This document shows, in pieces, positions 60,979 through 64,000 of a DNA stretch of 64,000 bases. The DNA is taken from the IMG/VR virus record IMGVR_UViG_3300013125_000006, positions 13,265 through 77,264 of that record; one strand, given 5' to 3'. The number at the start of each line of letters is the position of its first letter. The stretch's first letter is position 1. Under the pieces are notes generated by a model. It was not told the DNA's origin. It ran no database searches and saw only the letters and a list, made by a program, of their open reading frames with translations. The position numbers were made by a program, and so were the translations under genes. The DNA comes from a virus.

Positions 60979-63446
60979 TATATTCGTTAATTTTATCAAT
61001 TACTAATTGTAAATCATTATCTATATAAAGATCATCAAAACAGCCAAATGGAGTTTTTGCAGTATTAGAACCATCAGAGTTAGTAATAAATTTATATTCA
61101 ATAACCCCATCATCATTTGTTCTCTTTGTAGTAAAAAGTACATATGTAAACAATCCTTCAACTGTTATCATATTATCTATCATTTTTCCAAGAGTTTTAA
61201 TTTTATAAGAAGGGTTAAGAGTATCTCCAACATTTTCTGAATGTGCAAGAATGAATACCTTCAAATCCTGTCTTGCATTCATCGATTCTTTTAATACTGA
61301 ATAAAAATGCTGTGCCATTTGGGTAAATTTCTCATCAATTGTGTTATTCTGCGCATGACTGCACAACTCTTTATGTTTCCATAAAGTTCAGACTATATCT
61401 TAATTTTTATTTCTTTTTATCCCTTTTGGAATAGTTAAAGCCTCAATAGGTTCCCATTTATGTTTAGATACTCTATTATTAACTAATTCAAATTCCATAT
61501 TATAAAATTCGCACCATTGTTTCAAAGTCTTAGACTCTTCTCCAATAGTAATAAGTTTTTTAAATGGATCTTTTTGAATTGCTTCTTCAAAAGATAAACC
61601 ACTTCTGTAAATTCTTTGATAAAGAGTTGTATATTTTATACCAAATTCTTTAGCCCAATCTTTTAATACCATTGTTTTACCATTATAAGTAACAATATCA
61701 TTAAAATCTTCTCTGTTTTTACTTTGTGTAGTTCTGTCTGCCCAAATACAATTCTCTTTAGAATAATCTTTAAGATTATCAATTCTTTCTAAAGTAAATC
61801 CTTCTGGACAATTACCTAAATCTGAATAAAATGTTTCAAAAGAATTCATCCATTCAGGACAAACCTGAATATTATTTTCTTTATACTTTCCTTTTGTTGC
61901 CGATGGAGAATAACATCTAGATTTCATAGATTTCCATTGTTTATATTCCGGCATTTTACTTTTTCCTTTAATTTTTTCCATGTGCTATTTTGTTAAATTA
62001 TAATTTACAAAGATAGCGAATAATTTTTATAAAAATCCTAACCATTTCCAAAAAAGTTATTATTAACTTTAATGTACTCTCCTTCATGGAGATAGTCGTT
62101 GAACCTTTTTCCAAAAGTTAATTTGGAAACTTGGATGCGGATTGACCAATTCTTTTTGATTTTACCATACCTTTCATCATTACTGAAAGCCATTATGTAT
62201 ATTACTATCATAATTTGGTTAAAAAGACTCTAAGGTTATTCCCGCAGTTAGATTAGTTTGGGCATGTTTATTCACCCTTTTTCAGTGGCACGATCCATCG
62301 CTTCAAACATTTATATTCAACAGTGTTCGTTAATCACTGCCCGCTAATTTTACTTAGCTACTATATGTTACCATATAGATTAGACTATATCATCATCTTT
62401 ATTAAGATGTCTGGCGCTTCCAATCACTTGATTGTACTTCCTTTCGGAATAGTCGTTGCACCTTCCTCGTTTAAGAGGCTTGGCTCAGGATTGTCCATTA
62501 TTGGAGTTTCCCTGAATTCACCAGATTTGCTAACAGTTATCACTAACTGTTGGGCCTTTGAAATTTTGATCATAAGATCAGTAAGAACCTTTATATAATT
62601 TACCACTTGCTAAAGCTCTATTAATTCCTTTATCAGCACCACCAGGTTTTATTCCAAACTCTGAAACCCAAGCTTCAATATTTGGTTTAATTCCCTCATA
62701 AGTATTAATAATCTCTAAAGAACTATTAAAGCGATATATAGTTTTATATCGTTTCTTCAAATTATCAAGATTTGCATAATATTTTTTATTAGCTTCTGAT
62801 AATTTTCGTTTGGTTTCTTCAGTTGGAATATGAGTTATAACATCCTGCTCTTTATTATAAACAGGTTTTAGTAAATTAATATAATGTTGTTCTTTGAAGT
62901 ATTGTTCATCTATGTTACATAGTTCTATAATCACCAATTCAAAACATTTCTCTCCATATTTATTATATGAATTTTGTAAATGTTCATTCTTGTGAACTCC
63001 TTTACGAAGTTCTCTTCTATGCTTATAAAATCTCTGTTGAATGTTTTTAGAGCTGCCTATATAAAAATTTGCATTATTACAAATAATTTTATAGACTCCA
63101 CAAACATTTTTATATCCTAACATAGATTCACTAAATTTCATTTCAATCTTTTTTTAGCCATTAAATATTGACTATCATCAATTATAATTTGTTTTATATG
63201 AGGCATTTTAACACTTACATACTTTATAATCTGATTAATTTTATCAATACTACTTGTATTATATAAATTTCCAACAAACTCTTTATTTTCATTTATAGTA
63301 AGTTGAATATAATTCTTTTTAAAGTTTTTTATAGGTAAATTTTTTCCTGCAACATTTATAATAAATGTTTCTTTTGGGTTTAAGTTCCTTAAACTAGTGG
63401 ATTTACCAGAACCACTTTCACCAACAATTGCACCTAATTCGGCCAT
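60971..63446 (-). CDS. Sak4-like/AAA_24 P-loop ATPase. Exons 63446-63156, 62307-62274 and 61335-60971
   Basis: GESGSGKST. Splicing gives IDDSQYLMA|FEAMDRATEKG-Y|EKFTQ. Also LAHSE and TAKTP. Confidence 0.87.
61336..62273 (-). mobile_element. Group I intron 2 in the AAA_24 ATPase gene
   Basis: P1 gggU|gaataaacat-gccc. Elements aactgcggg, aatccgcatccaag, ttcaacgactatc and aagatatagtc. Terminal G. Confidence 0.87.
61400..61981 (-). CDS. Intron-encoded HNH-type (beta-beta-alpha-Me) homing endonuclease
   Basis: WKSMKSRC, VCPEW, TLERIDNLKDYSKENCIWA and QSKNR, followed by repeated TLKQW-type DNA-binding modules. Confidence 0.82.
   Translation of the reverse strand: MEKIKGKSKMPEYKQWKSMKSRCYSPSATKGKYKENNIQVCPEWMNSFETFYSDLGNCPEGFTLERIDNLKDYSKENCIWADRTTQSKNREDFNDIVTYNGKTMVLKDWAKEFGIKYTTLYQRIYRSGLSFEEAIQKDPFKKLITIGEESKTLKQWCEFYNMEFELVNNRVSKHKWEPIEALTIPKGIKRNKN
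62308..63155 (-). mobile_element. Group I intron 1 in the AAA_24 ATPase gene
   Basis: Exon ends in tggcU. The distal IGS tcaaaggcc pairs with both exons (ggct and tttga). Core elements caacgactat and gatatagtc. Terminal G at 62308. Confidence 0.85.
62530..63141 (-). CDS. Intron-encoded GIY-YIG homing endonuclease; TGA=Trp at 62578
   Basis: GVYKI...FYIGSS...R...H. Reading through the TGA completes a NUMOD1-like YKGSY*SY, ending at TAG 62530. Confidence 0.82.
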
Positions 63447-63455
63447 ATTATTTAG

Positions 63456-63641
63456 TTAGAAATTAAATAAATTTTTATCTGATTTAATTTCATCATCTAT
63501 ATTTTTTGAAACATTGGTGGATAAAGTTAAATACGATTCATAGTCTATTATAGAGTCTGGCTTTGGAAGTTCCATAAACATACCAACCTCTCCATAAAAT
63601 GCTACTCCCTTATTAACATCAGCTTGTCCATATCTATTTTT
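63456..63641 (-). CDS. dnaB: Last exon of a DnaB-like replicative helicase
   Basis: KNRYGQAD...FYGEVGMFMELPKP (H4-region KNRxG motif) starts right after an intron terminal G. The upstream exon is outside the window. Confidence 0.7.
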   Translation of the reverse strand, partial: KNRYGQADVNKGVAFYGEVGMFMELPKPDSIIDYESYLTLSTNVSKNIDDEIKSDKNLFNF

Positions 63642-64000
63642 CAGTTTGTTATCATAGAAGTTCTTTATCTTCTATATCTGCAATTTCATTAATTATATTT
63701 GCAGCTCCGACTATATCATCACCTTCTTTAAAAGTTAAGGTGTTGGGCGCTCGTGTCTTTATTATATTCCCTTTAGGGTTTCAAAAGTTAGTCTGTGAAC
63801 CTTCTAAGGATGTTAACCCTTAACTTGGCTGCTGATTGTCTATTTCTAGATTTTCCGGCAATTCACCCAATTCATTATTAATATTTCTATTAATTTGCTC
63901 AACACTTCTCCATAAATAATTTTTATAAAGTTTTTCAGTGTCTATTTGATTTTTAATACAACTGGTATTTTTAGGAGACATTCCTAGATAACGTAATGCA
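63642..64000 (-). mobile_element. Group I intron in the DnaB-like gene (partial), with the C-terminus of an endonuclease ORF (63820-63999)
   Basis: Elements gaattgccgg, aatcagcagccaag, ttcacagactaa and gatatagtcgg; ends tatgataacaaactG. ORF tail KLYKNYLWR is NUMOD1-like. Confidence 0.78.

Noticed and set aside
31314-62606. Short + strand ORFs opposite the replication genes, and ORFs 62323..62598 and 62424..62606
   Set aside because: Antisense shadows or chance frames through intron cores.
1-64000. tRNA genes (including a TGA suppressor), rRNA, CRISPR arrays, DGR/retron elements
   Set aside because: No cloverleaf with a T-loop consensus, no regularly spaced repeats and no reverse transcriptase were seen by eye. 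tRNAscan-SE and CRISPR finders would be needed to exclude them fully.

Overview
AT-rich segment of a Bacteroidetes-infecting crAss-like phage (Crassvirales) genome, made of two convergent blocks that meet at a bidirectional terminator near 30.3 kb. The + strand block (1-30288) looks fragmented in the ORF track only because TGA is read as a sense codon, most likely Trp. I count 35 in-frame TGAs, and all real stops are TAA. Re-read this way it holds six genes, including four giant virion cargo genes: a ~3070-aa protein with an SF1 helicase domain, a ~2982-aa virion RNA polymerase whose DFDID motif is split by a group I intron, a ~1134-aa zincin-motif protein, and a ~1534-aa PD-(D/E)xK nuclease-domain protein. 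The - strand block (30334-64000) is the replication and nucleotide-metabolism module (lysozyme, PNK, dNMP kinase, ThyX, RNA ligase, DNA ligase, dUTPase, Dda-like helicase, class II RNR, phosphoesterase, AAA ATPases, nucleases, primase, DnaB end). The window carries 10 group I introns and 1 intein. Two patterns stand out. (1) The four giant cargo proteins are nearly Cys-free, but 6 of their 7 Cys lie at the facing C- and N-termini of neighbouring genes, which suggests a head-to-tail disulfide-linked ejection chain. (2) On the replication strand, in-frame TGA codons occur only in nucleases (four homing endonucleases and a Holliday-junction-resolvase-like gene), which suggests that recoding acts as a late-expression gate on DNA-cutting enzymes. 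All coordinates and counts were derived by hand; no database searches were run.
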